The notes beneath the pieces were generated by a model. It saw only the letters and a list, made by a program, of their open reading frames with translations. It was not told the DNA's origin and ran no database searches. A stretch of DNA of 64,000 nt from Azolla caroliniana. Its lineage: Eukaryota > Plantae > Polypodiophyta. Of the stretch, positions 24,894 through 36,200 are shown one piece after another (positions within the stretch are counted from its first letter, which is position 1; the number at the start of each line of letters is the position of its first letter). The stretch spans positions 12,710,001-12,774,000 of the forward strand of contig JBHGNT010000015.1 in assembly GCA_043228905.1 (NCBI GenBank), read 5' to 3'. Made by a program: the position numbers and the translations under genes.

Positions 24894-27800
24894 TCACGTG
24901 ATACGTGTGAAAGTGAGTAGTGACTCTCGATGTTCAAGAACTTTACCAATGAATGTTGCAATCGAGAGTGCACATTGTGGTTGTGAGAGGAATTCATGCA
25001 AAGATTGGGCTCGATCGAAGAGATATGGAAAGCATGGTCGAATATGATCAAAGGCAGAGCATTGTATCAAAGTGTGATACTCAGACTCGCGAACTTGTTT
25101 AGGGCAAAGTGTACATAGCCGACCACTCTCATCACTTGTACCCCAACGCCTTATTTCACATCGCAATGCATGTGAGCTAAGTCGCATGGAAGCAATGGTT
25201 CGAATGGCAGATAACGGTATGGGCTCTAACATGTATGGATGTGTACGATTTCCCCGTTCCGCAAAGAATATGGTTTTGTAGTTAGGTGCAACATGTGTAG
25301 TATAATGTGTGAAGCGTGAGCCTCCACATTTGTCCCATGTCATGGTACATTGGCGTTGCAAAAATGCCTCATTTACAGAGGAATCTAATGATGCATCATG
25401 AAGCAAGTGTCTCGCATCCCATCTACCAAACCATTTTTCTACATCTTGCATCCAACCGGAACACAAAATTTTGCTTTTATGCGTTGTCGTAGTGTATTTC
25501 GTACACTACGTGAAAAAGTAAAAATAATATAACCGATTTAATTACATATAAATAAATAAAATAAGAATATCAAGATATTTATCACCAATAAATAAAATAA
25601 AAATATCAAGATATTTATCACGTGCATAGGGCAAGATTTGAACCTTGTACCTCCACGTAGCCAAACCTCAACTTTACCATTATGCTACCTTATCTTTAGT
25701 GTTCTATAAATAGATTTAATAACTATAACTGCTTTATTTGCGCCTACCTTTATTAAAAGGTAAATCATGTATTTTTAGAGTGCGTGAATATTTTATAGAA
25801 AAACGCAAGCGACTAAAAAGTGACTCATGCACATCTAGCGTGCATGAGCACTATATTTAGCAAATAAAAGCAAGGATTAGAAAAGCATCACATGCACATT
25901 TAGTGTGCATGAACATATTAGAAAAAAAGCATGTAGCTATGCTTAGTCTCTCCCATCACTACATAAGGATGGGGAGCACAATGTAATAGGTGTGTGAAAA
26001 ATATTTGGGAAATTGGATATATTTCCTAAAACACCAACAATCAATAAAATATACTCGTGGGATTCACGAAGTTTAAGATAATCTATCTCTTTCAATCTAA
26101 ATTCATATTCTTACATAAATATTGATTAATGTAATACTTGTGGGATTCACAAGGTTTGATCTCTTTTCTCAATCTACTCTAATCTATTCTAAATTATTTC
26201 AATTTATTACTACGATTTAGATAAACTAAAACAATTATACTTGTGGGATTCACAAGTTTCTATATCTCTTTCTAATAATCTATTCATTACTAGCCTCATC
26301 TCATATTCTTCTTTCTCCTAGTCCAAAACCTCGGCGGTTCCCACCCGACTCACGCAACGATCCGGAGCCGAAAGGCACGACACAGTTGGTGAACCCGACG
26401 TGAAGGCGGGTGGCAAGGAGATGGAGAATCAACAAGAGGCGATGAACATGATGATGATGATGTTCGAGAGAATGCTACAAGAACAACGCGAGATGTCGGA
26501 GATCACGACAGTAGTACAACGGCTCGTGCAACAGAACGGGCAATTCGATGGAAAGGACGTGTCACGCTATCTACGTGACTACAAAATGGAGATGTTGCGA
26601 TATGGTATCTCAGAAAGATTGCAAGTGTTATCTTTCAACCGGGTGGCTACGGATGAGCTTCAAGAGAGAATCCACGAGATACGACAACAAAGCCCGATGT
26701 GGGAGTCCTTTGAAGAAGCTATACGAGACACATATGACTATCTAAGACCGAAGCGGACGAGGACATGGTCCACGAACGGCGGTCAACAGTGGGTGAAAAG
26801 CGGCCACCGACTACCACCGAAGGAGAGCTTGATGCGGAAGGGTTCGGAGATGCATGAAAAGTCGCAAGTCGACATTGAAGGGGAGCTTAAAACCGAACCA
26901 AAGTCGAGGCCAACAAAGGACGAGGAGGAGGAAGATCGAGGACGAAAGGGTATCCCCACACCGGTTCCAGAGACTTCGGCGGCTGTGCCCGTGCACCAAC
27001 GTGAGACCGGAGAGACGGAATGTGTCGGTGGAAAAGTGGAGGACCGGAAGGGCAACGAGGAAGACAAAGTAAATGAGCACGAACGAAGGGATTCCTTCAC
27101 CATTGTTTCGGAGACTTCGGTACTGGAGCCCGGGTGTCGACATAACACCGAAGATAAGGAAAGTGGCGGCAACGAAACGAAGGTCGAAGCCGATGCATAC
27201 GAAGGAGAGATAGCCAAGGAGAACATGGCTATGGGTGAAACAACGGAAGATGATAATACCGAGGATTCCTACCCACTAATTCTAGAGACTTCGGCGGTTG
27301 TGTCCGAGAACCAACGTGAGACCGGAGAGACGGGAGGTGGCAACAAGGAAGGTAAAGTCGGAAGCCGGTTCGGATGGAAGATGATCCGTCTGAAATTCCG
27401 ATGTAAACAAAAGCATGACAACGCGAAGGTCGGGTCTACGATGGGAGAAGCATGTAATACGGAGCACGCACTACGGCACCAAAAGAAGCACGTGCTACGG
27501 CGTAAAGAGAAGCACACGCTACGGCGCAAAAAGAAGCACGCGCTACGGTGCAAAAATAAGCATGCACTACGGGGTAATACGGCGCATGCACTACGATGGA
27601 ATACGAAGCATGCGCTACGGCCTAATACGACGCATGCGCAACATCGAGAAATAAAGCATGCATTAAAGCCGCACAAGGACCTAACAGCGAGCGCGTATTC
27701 GGAGGTCGACATCGACGCGTGGGTAGAACCTACGGAAGACAAGCGCGGAGTGGAGAGAGACAACACACCGAGATGCTCAAGAGTACCACAAGGGACCATG

Positions 27801-30800
27801 ACAACCACTCATGGCAATGCAAAGAATGAACAAAGAATATGGTGGATCGGATGGCGACAATGGTTCGGGTGGAAAGAATGGGTCTACTCAAAATGGAGAG
27901 ACAAAGTTGACATAGCGGGACAAACGGAGGATGAAGGGGAGACAACGAGCATCGGCAACTTCGGCACATACCGGAGGATGTGCGGGTTCGGAGGGGGCGA
28001 GTGTCGTAGTGTATTTCGTACACTACGTGAAAAAGTAAAAATAATATAACCGATTTAATTACATATAAATAAATAAAATAAGAATATCAAGATATTTATC
28101 ACCAATAAATAAAATAAAAATATCAAGATATTTATCACGTGCATAGGGCAAGATTTGAACCTTGTACCTCCACGTAGCCAAACCTCAACTTTACCATTAT
28201 GCTACCTTATCTTTAGTGTTCTATAAATAGATTTAATAACTATAACTGCTTTATTTGCGCCTACCTTTATTAAAAGGTAAATCATGTATTTTTAGAGTGC
28301 GTGAATATTTTATAGAAAAACGCAAGCGACTAAAAAGTGACTCATGCACATCTAGCGTGCATGAGCACTATATTTAGCAAATAAAAGCAAGGATTAGAAA
28401 AGCATCACATGCACATTTAGTGTGCATGAACATATTAGAAAAAAAGCATGTAGCTATGCTTAGTCTCTCCCATCACTACATAAGGATGGGGAGCACAATG
28501 TAATAGGTGTGTGAAAAATATTTGGGAAATTGGATATATTTCCTAAAACACCAACAATCAATAAAATATACTCGTGGGATTCACGAAGTTTAAGATAATC
28601 TATCTCTTTCAATCTAAATTCATATTCTTACATAAATATTGATTAATGTAATACTTGTGGGATTCACAAGGTTTGATCTCTTTTCTCAATCTACTCTAAT
28701 CTATTCTAAATTATTTCAATTTATTACTACGATTTAGATAAACTAAAACAATTATACTTGTGGGATTCACAAGTTTCTATATCTCTTTCTAATAATCTAT
28801 TCATTACTAGCCTCATCTCATATTCTTCTTTCTCCTAGTCCAAAACCTCGGCGGTTCCCACCCGACTCACGCAACGATCCGGAGCCGAAAGGCACGACAG
28901 CGTCTTTTGGATCTTTTTGCTTGCTTCCCACGCAATTCTAGGAAGTCGATGTGAGGGACTTTTTTGAACCTTAAGCATGTATTCAACAACCCTTTCCATG
29001 GCCATGATCTCAATGGGAAGCGATCCCGTCTCAAGGAGGAGGAGGGTGTAGGGCGTTTGTTTCTTAACTTGTAGAAACTTGGTAAGAAAATGCTTTTGGA
29101 CATTTTCAAACTCTTTCCACATAGACTTAGGGATGCTACCGCCCCATACTTCCACCCCATAGAGAAGAACTGGTGTCACCAAAGTGTCAAAAAGATATTT
29201 CTTGAGGACCCAACACTTAATATCTCCAAGATTGCATGTGTTCTCAAATGCATAGTATGCTCGTTTGCCCGCCTTTAAGCGGCGTGTAGCACATTCATTC
29301 CATCTATGATTTGAAGGAACTTCAAGGCCAAGATATTTGAAGCTTTCCACACATTCAAGTGGCTCATTGTTGTACATAATGCATGGTTTATCTCTTTTTT
29401 GGCTCTTCACAAGCATAATCTTTGTTTTAGAGCTATTGACACTTAATTTAGTATGCATGCAAAAATTTTCCAATGCCTTCATAAGCTTTTGTGCATCTCC
29501 TAAAGTATTTGCAAAAAGCACTACGTCATCTGCATATAGCAAAAGCATAATCACAACATTCCCAATGGCAACTTCTTCAACACATTCTTCCTTTGCAAAC
29601 TTGGTAACCATTTCTTCCAATTCATCAATGCATAGACCAAATAGTGTTGGTGAGAGTGGGCATCCTTGCTTTACACCAATAGTGCTTTTGAAAAAATCTG
29701 AAAGTTTATCTCTCATGCGCACACAACATATAACCTTCTCATAAATTCGGGAAATTGCAAGCATATATTCACTTGGCACCTCAAGTTCTTCCATTCTCCT
29801 CCAAAGATGCTCACGAGGTACCATATCAAAAGCTTTCTTGAAGTCTACAAAGCAACAATATAAACCTTTACCTCTAAGGCGACTTTCCTCCATTAATACT
29901 CGAAGGGTGATAAGGTGATCAATGGTGCTATGGTGTTTCCGAAAGCCAGCTTGTCCATAAGCTCTCTTACCACTTTTTTCAGCCCATACACTTATCTTTG
30001 ATTCCATTATACATCCAAATAGTTTTGCCATTAATGAGCCAACCATGATGGTTCGATAGTTGTTTACATTATTTATATCTCCACCTTTATGTAAAGGTTT
30101 GATCCAATTTGTAGTCCAATCGTACGGCATACCATGTTGCAATGCATCATTAAACATATCGCTTATCCATATATGTGCTTCCTTTCCCGTCCATTTGAGC
30201 ATTTCAGCCTTTATACATTGAAGATCGCTTGCCTTTCGAGAGGCCAATTTCTTAAGTCCTATGCATATATCTTCAATTGTAAAGAAGGAAGGCATATGTG
30301 AAAGAGAACCATAACACATCATCTTTCCGGCAAGAGATAACTCATATAAATTCTTACAATGCAGAGACAAGTCGTGAAGAGTTAAGTCACCATAACTCTC
30401 AACACGTTTTCCCTTTAGATTTCCCCAAAATTTAGCACATGCATGTGCTTTCTCTTGCGTTTGGATAAATTGTTGAGTAACTTCCCATATTCTTCTCTTT
30501 CTTTGAATAAGCCTTTTATACTCATGCAAATGCTTTTGGTAATTCTCTTTATCCTTAACTACATCCAAAACCATAAGGCACTTTCGAGCTTCACGACATT
30601 CTTTATCAAACCATTTTCTCCTAAGTTTCTTGGTGCATTTCCAAGATGTGCGGTTGGTCGAAAAACATTTGTTTGTACATGAGAGAATGACTTTCTTGAA
30701 AGCTTCCCATTTGCATTCTAGTGTGGCACCATGTTGTATCTTTGTCATTTGTAACATATCCTCAACCATCTTGGAATACATGGGTGCTCGCTTAAGGTTC

Positions 30801-31687
30801 ATGCTCAAGTGCGGTTGTTTATTAACTTCAATAGCCTTCTCACAATCAAACCTATGCATACATTTGAGATCAATACATAAAGGCCTATGATCTGATTCCG
30901 GTGTCCATTCACCAAGTGAGAATTTATGTATACGATCCAAAATACCTTCGGAAAGTAGCACATAATCAATCACACTATTTCCGTTGTATTTTCTACATGT
31001 AAAACCATTAGTGTTGGGCCATGAGGAAATACCATTTGCAATAAGCAATCTGGTACTATTGCACATTTGTAGGAGTAACTTCCCAAATTGGTCCGGATCT
31101 TTTTCATCGCTAGAAGAGCGGTTATACATTTGCATATCCTCTTGCATCCTTGAGATATGTGGCATGAAAGATTCTTGTGAATCAAGTTGGAAACTTCTTG
31201 TACGAGCATTCATGTCACCAAAGACAATAACTTCCCCTTTGGATTTGAAATAAGCAATATCATCTTCTAGATTGGCAAACGGTTGATCTTTATCCAAACA
31301 AGCATAAAAGTTAGAATCTTGATGAGGAATGTAACATCCAACAACAAAAGTGGGCAAATCATTAGGTGTTTCTATTTTGAGCCATATGTAGCATTTATTT
31401 TCATCATTTTTTATGATTGACACATATTTCTCTATTTCCTTCTTAATCAAACATGCCACCCCTCCTTGTCCTCTTCTTTGTCTTGGATTTTTCTTCCATA
31501 TCAAAGAGTGTACATTATAGTTTCCTAAACCTTGAATCCTTTGAGTATCATGCTCCCATGTTTCAACCAGAAGTGTGATATCCGAGTCATTGGTGAACTC
31601 CTCTATGCCAAATCCTGCATTCCATGGGTATCCATTGCAATTCCAAAAGCATAGTCGTAAAAGGCGTGGGTTAGTCTCATAGATCAC
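24894..31687 (-). CDS. LINE ORF2 (AP endonuclease + RT + Zn finger), open except for the LTR-element insertion at 25485-28899
   Basis: FWNCNG, GDMNAR, SDHRP, QAGFR, GVKQGCPLSP and LLYADD motifs. The frame rejoins across TSD GCGT (KKIQKTH-KSKILCSGW). Confidence 0.9.
26387..26404 (+). promoter_or_regulatory. Primer-binding site complementary to the 3' end of tRNA-Trp
   Basis: TGGTGAACCCGACGTGAA is the reverse complement of the plant tRNA-Trp 3' end (recalled sequence). Confidence 0.8.
26421..28049 (+). CDS. Gag-like protein with long low-complexity and basic repeat tail
   Basis: N-terminal GQFDGKDVSRYL resembles GRFDGKDATSYL of the gypsy gag at 53064. The ORF is open across the whole internal region. 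Confidence 0.65.
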   Translation: MENQQEAMNMMMMMFERMLQEQREMSEITTVVQRLVQQNGQFDGKDVSRYLRDYKMEMLRYGISERLQVLSFNRVATDELQERIHEIRQQSPMWESFEEAIRDTYDYLRPKRTRTWSTNGGQQWVKSGHRLPPKESLMRKGSEMHEKSQVDIEGELKTEPKSRPTKDEEEEDRGRKGIPTPVPETSAAVPVHQRETGETECVGGKVEDRKGNEEDKVNEHERRDSFTIVSETSVLEPGCRHNTEDKESGGNETKVEADAYEGEIAKENMAMGETTEDDNTEDSYPLILETSAVVSENQRETGETGGGNKEGKVGSRFGWKMIRLKFRCKQKHDNAKVGSTMGEACNTEHALRHQKKHVLRRKEKHTLRRKKKHALRCKNKHALRGNTAHALRWNTKHALRPNTTHAQHREIKHALKPHKDLTASAYSEVDIDAWVEPTEDKRGVERDNTPRCSRVPQGTMTTTHGNAKNEQRIWWIGWRQWFGWKEWVYSKWRDKVDIAGQTEDEGETTSIGNFGTYRRMCGFGGGECRSVFRTLREKVKII

Positions 31688-31693
31688 GTGTCC

Positions 31694-32563
31694 CTATTTG
31701 CCTACATTTCCATCTTTAGGCACATCCTTAACCTTGTTTTTCAATCTTTCTTCATATGCTTTACGACGAGCATTTTGTTGTGAGATAGTACGATCTTCAC
31801 TCACAAAGCATTGTGTACCTTTGAGGTATACCCAACTATTTTCGAGTATGATTCACCGCTTTGTATCATCTGTCATTGTGCATACAATAGGCCTTTCTCC
31901 GGAGCGAGTAACACCATGTTTCCCAACTCGGTGTGCCCCATATACATTCACATCTGACATCCCATAATGCATGCTAAAAAATTCACCAATGGCCTTTCCA
32001 AGGGATGTGGGTGTTTCCATACTCTCTTCTTTAATCCCACGGACGACAATGTTCTTTGATCGTCGTTCGCGTTCTTTCAATTCTCGGACATCTATGCTTT
32101 CTATATTCTTCTCTTGATGCATCACATGCATATTAGATGAGTTTGATAACACATCCCCACCACATACATCGGCCCATGACTTCGTTGTACATACATTTTT
32201 CATCTCACTTACATCCCGCCTCATCGTGTCCAATTTTTCTTCTTTTAATGCTTCCTTTAACTCAATCTTGTTAAGGCGCTCATTTGTTTCAAATGAAGCT
32301 CTTTTACATTCTTGAATCTCTTCTTGAAGTTTTGCAACCATTTGTTTAAGACTTTCATTCTCAATGACAACACTTTGGAGCTTAGTATTCTCTTTCATTA
32401 ACATCCTAATCTCTTCACCTTGCTTGTTTATGGTTTCTTGAAGAGAAATCAAGTGACTCATAAGCATTTTGTCCATTGCATTAGAATCGAGATTTGTTGG
32501 TGATCTCGGCTCATTATCAATCATACCCCCAAACTTTACGGCGGTTTTACGAGTATTTGCCAT
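31694..32563 (-). pseudogene. LINE ORF1 (coiled coil + RRM-like) with one premature TGA at 31853
   Basis: ERERRSKNIVVRGIKE, HRVG, RPIV and VSEDRT motifs. The frame continues past 31853 to TAG at 31694. Confidence 0.8.
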
Positions 32564-32831
32564 TGTAGGGACAAACCGTACGGGAAAAGAGAGACAAAGA
32601 GGGAAGCAGAGAGAATGTACCTTTCACTCAATTTAGGGCTTCAAAATCTACCTTCCGTTTGAGGAACCGTGGGGCAAAGATGGCTGCGGATGAAAATGCT
32701 CATAACTTCTCGCCACGGTAACGGAATTCAGTAAATGAACATTCTTTAGAAAGCTCTCTCAAAGAGCTTTCCAACGAGCTATAGAACGTAGAAAACGATG
32801 ACCTGGCCGGAGTGAACTTACAGAGAGCTTT

Positions 32832-32921
<90 letters not shown>

Positions 32922-33253
32922 AAAAGAGAGATAGCGAGGATGAGAGAGAGAGAGAGATGATGATAACAACCAATATATTATGTGAAGGATAAGTACAAAA
33001 TGGCTAAGAGGCTTAAAACTGGCGTTGAACCAATTTGGTTCAACATAATGCCTAGTGCCTTCTTTTATAGTGTTCTCAAGAGTAATCCTGAAGCTTCTAG
33101 AATGTTCCAGAGAAATCTAGAATATACATTAATTTCCTATAATAAAACTTAAATGAAAATAATATCCTACGTATTACAATAGATAGTATAATGGTTAAGA
33201 GCTCGACCCATATAACATAAGGTCATGGGTTCGAGTCTTGCCATATCATGATA

Positions 33254-36200
33254 CTATTTCCCCCTTAAGGCGACGAGTGGAACGAGTCGGCGCTGATTGC
33301 GAACTGGGTTTGTCCGGATACTTTCGATGGAACTCAGCAAGAAGATCTTGAGCATTGGCGACATGCTCCGCGGGTTCCCAAGTACGTTCACTCGGACTAT
33401 AGCCGAGCCAATCGACCAAATAATAAAGTTTGTTGTGAACAAATTTGGAGTCGAGGATGGCAACAACTTCATACTCCGGGCCGACGTCTAACTCAAGCGG
33501 GGGCGGCGGTGGTGTAACACGATCGGGAATAGTGTTTGCTTTATAAGGTTCAAGAAGAGAACTATGGAAGACCGGATGTATCCGAAGATGTGGAGGAAGA
33601 TCAAGGTGGAACGTGACATCATTAACCTTACAGGTAATATGGAAAGGACCGAGTCGTCGATAATCCAACTTGTCGCACGGTCGAGTAGTCTTGATGTGAC
33701 GACGTAAAAGCCATACTCGATCTCCGATGGCAAAAGAGGAGGGAAGCCGATGACGATCCGCGTAAGTCTTCTGTGTCTCTTGAGCATGACGAAGATGAGT
33801 AGAGAGATCCATTTGGATCTTGCGTAGTCTCTCCAAATGATCCTCAGCACGAGGATTGGTAGGTAGCTCTGGGGTGTCGATCACCGACCAGCGAGGATGA
33901 GAACTGGTATAAGTGTAGAATGGGGAGACTCGAGTCGAGGAGTGAACAACATTATTATACGCAAACTCCGCAAAGTGGAGAATCTCGGCCCAATCGTCCT
34001 GCTGATAACTCAGGAAACACCGGAGATATTGCTCCAGCGTTTGGTTTGTTCGTTCCGCCTGCCCATCGGTCTGAGGATGGTAGCCGGAGGAGAGGTTGCA
34101 AGAGACTTTGAGCATCTTGAAGAGATGTTGCCAAAATTTGGAGAAGAATTGCAGTCCTCGGTCACTGATGATACTGTCTGGGAGACCATGATGCCAAAAT
34201 ACCTCACGCATGACAAGGGCGGCGGTTTCCTCGCTAGTGATGGCCTTAGTACACGGCACAAAATGTGCCATCTTCGTATATCAATCGACGACGGTTAAGA
34301 TAGCATCGAACCCCTTCGAGACCAGCAGATCTGTGATAAAGTCAAAACAAATAGACTACCACGGCTTACTTGGAATCGGTAAGGGTTCCAACAAGCCATA
34401 TGGATAGTGTCATGGCATCTTTGCTCGGCAGCAAGCATCATAGGTCTGAACGTAGTCGTCGACAAAACGTCGCATATGGGGCCACCAAAAGGATCGTTGA
34501 ACTAGATCCAACGGCTTAGTGCTACCAAAATGTCCCGCCATATGGGTGTCGTGAAAACTTTGGACGATTTGAAGGCGACAGGAGCAATTGGGGACATATA
34601 CAAGCTTTTTAAAGAATAACAAACCATCATGATATTCGAATTGTCGGTAGTCCATACCTGGTTGTTGAGACTGGGAACAGGATACCCGAGAGGTATCAAT
34701 GTGCGCAAGAATGTCTTGAGCAAAAGTGTCCGTCTTCAAGTTCACACGTATGGTGTCGGTAATCTGGGAATCCATTGGAGTGTGAAAAATCCGCGTTGTG
34801 TGCAATCGTGTTGGTCCCAAGATTACTTGCTTTTGATTATCGAACGCCGGATCACCAGGACGAGGTGCAAGATATGAACGCCGTGATAGCGCATCTACTT
34901 TTCCTTGCTGCTTCCCCGATCGATATGTGATTTTGAAGTCGAAACGTGTGAGGAATTGAGCCCACCTAGCTTGCCGTTGATTTAGCACCCGAGCGTTCTA
35001 GAAATAAGCAAGGTTTTTGTGATCACTAAAGACGATGACCTGATGTGGAGAGCCCTCTAAGAAATGCCGCCATTGCACAAAGGAATCCACGATGGCTAAT
35101 AACTCCTTGTCATGTATTTCATAGTTGATTTCCGCGGCATCGAATTTGCGCGAATGGAAAGCCACAGGATGTAACTCTTCTTTATCTCCTTGTTGAGAAA
35201 GGATGCTACTGAGGGCGAAATCCGATGCGTCGGCCTCCATGATGAATGGTTTCTTTGTATCCACATGAGCTAGAATAGGAGTTGATGTAAAGGCTTTCTT
35301 AAGATGCCGAAAAGCCATGTCCGCTTCATTGGACCAAAGAAATGCTTGTCCCTTCTTCGTAAGTTGTGTGAGAGGTAAAATAATCTTTGAGTAATCCTAT
35401 ATAAACTTGCGATAGAAGTTAGCAAAACCTAGAAAACATTGCACATCTCGTACCGACTATGGAATTTGCCACTCTAGCACAGTTTGGACTTTAGCTGGAT
35501 CCATGGAGATGCCCTTTGAGGAGATGACGTAGCCTAGAAATTCCACTTGCTTGCAGTCAAAGCTACATTTTTCTAGCTTGGCATAAAGACCATGCTCGCG
35601 GAGTCGTTTTAGTACTAATAGTACATGAGAATCGTGCTCTTCCTGGGTCTTCGAATAAATCAATAGATCATCCAGATAGATGATCAAACAGATATCCAGG
35701 AGGTCTCTGAATATATCATTTGCCATGTGTTGGAAGACTGCGGGTGCATTGGTTAGACCGAACGACATAACAGTATATTCGAAATGCCCATACCGCGTGC
35801 GAAAGGCGATCTTCCATTCATCTCCCGGTTGGATCCACACGAGGTTATACGCTCCTCGTAGATCGATCTTTGTAAAAAACTTGGCACCATTAACTCGCTC
35901 TAAAAGACTTGATATAAGAGGAAGTGCATACCTATTACGGATGGTGACTTTATTTAAGCCGCGGTAATCAACGACGAGACGAAGTGAGCCATCTTTCTTC
36001 TCGACAAATAAGATGGGTGCACCGGCCGAAGATTTCGAATGACGGATGAACCCGCTTGCCAAGTTCTCCTCTATGTAGGCTCGAAGGACTTCTAACTCGG
36101 TGGGGGACAAGTTGTAAATTGGTTCCCATGGTGGCTCTACTCCCGGTTGTAGATCGATGGGACAATCATAGGGACAACGATGAGGAAGAGTACCGGCTTT

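Larger units (their letters stand above)
25485..28899 (+). mobile_element. Non-autonomous gag-only LTR retrotransposon (TR-GAG-like), family C, very young
   Basis: Two 898-bp LTRs (25485-26382, 28002-28899) that look identical by eye. TSD GCGT, PBS 26387-26404, PPT GGAGGGGGCGAG, no pol. Confidence 0.93.
24835..32834 (-). mobile_element. Near-full-length non-LTR retrotransposon (LINE; RTEX/RTE-like by motif impression) inserted in the (GA)n tract of an LTR
   Basis: ORF1 plus ORF2 (APE, RT, C-terminal CxxC..HxxxxC), a 3' (TCTA)n tail, and (GA)n on both flanks. Confidence 0.9.

Noticed and set aside
26783-27808. Antisense ORFs over the gag-only element, and other short antisense ORFs across the TEs
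   Set aside because: These are shadows of repetitive or purine-skewed sense ORFs with no independent motifs.
28835-28899. C-terminus LSCLSAPDRCVSRVGTAEVLD of the 950-aa ORF
   Set aside because: This is read-through into the inserted LTR; the true ORF2 continues below 25481.
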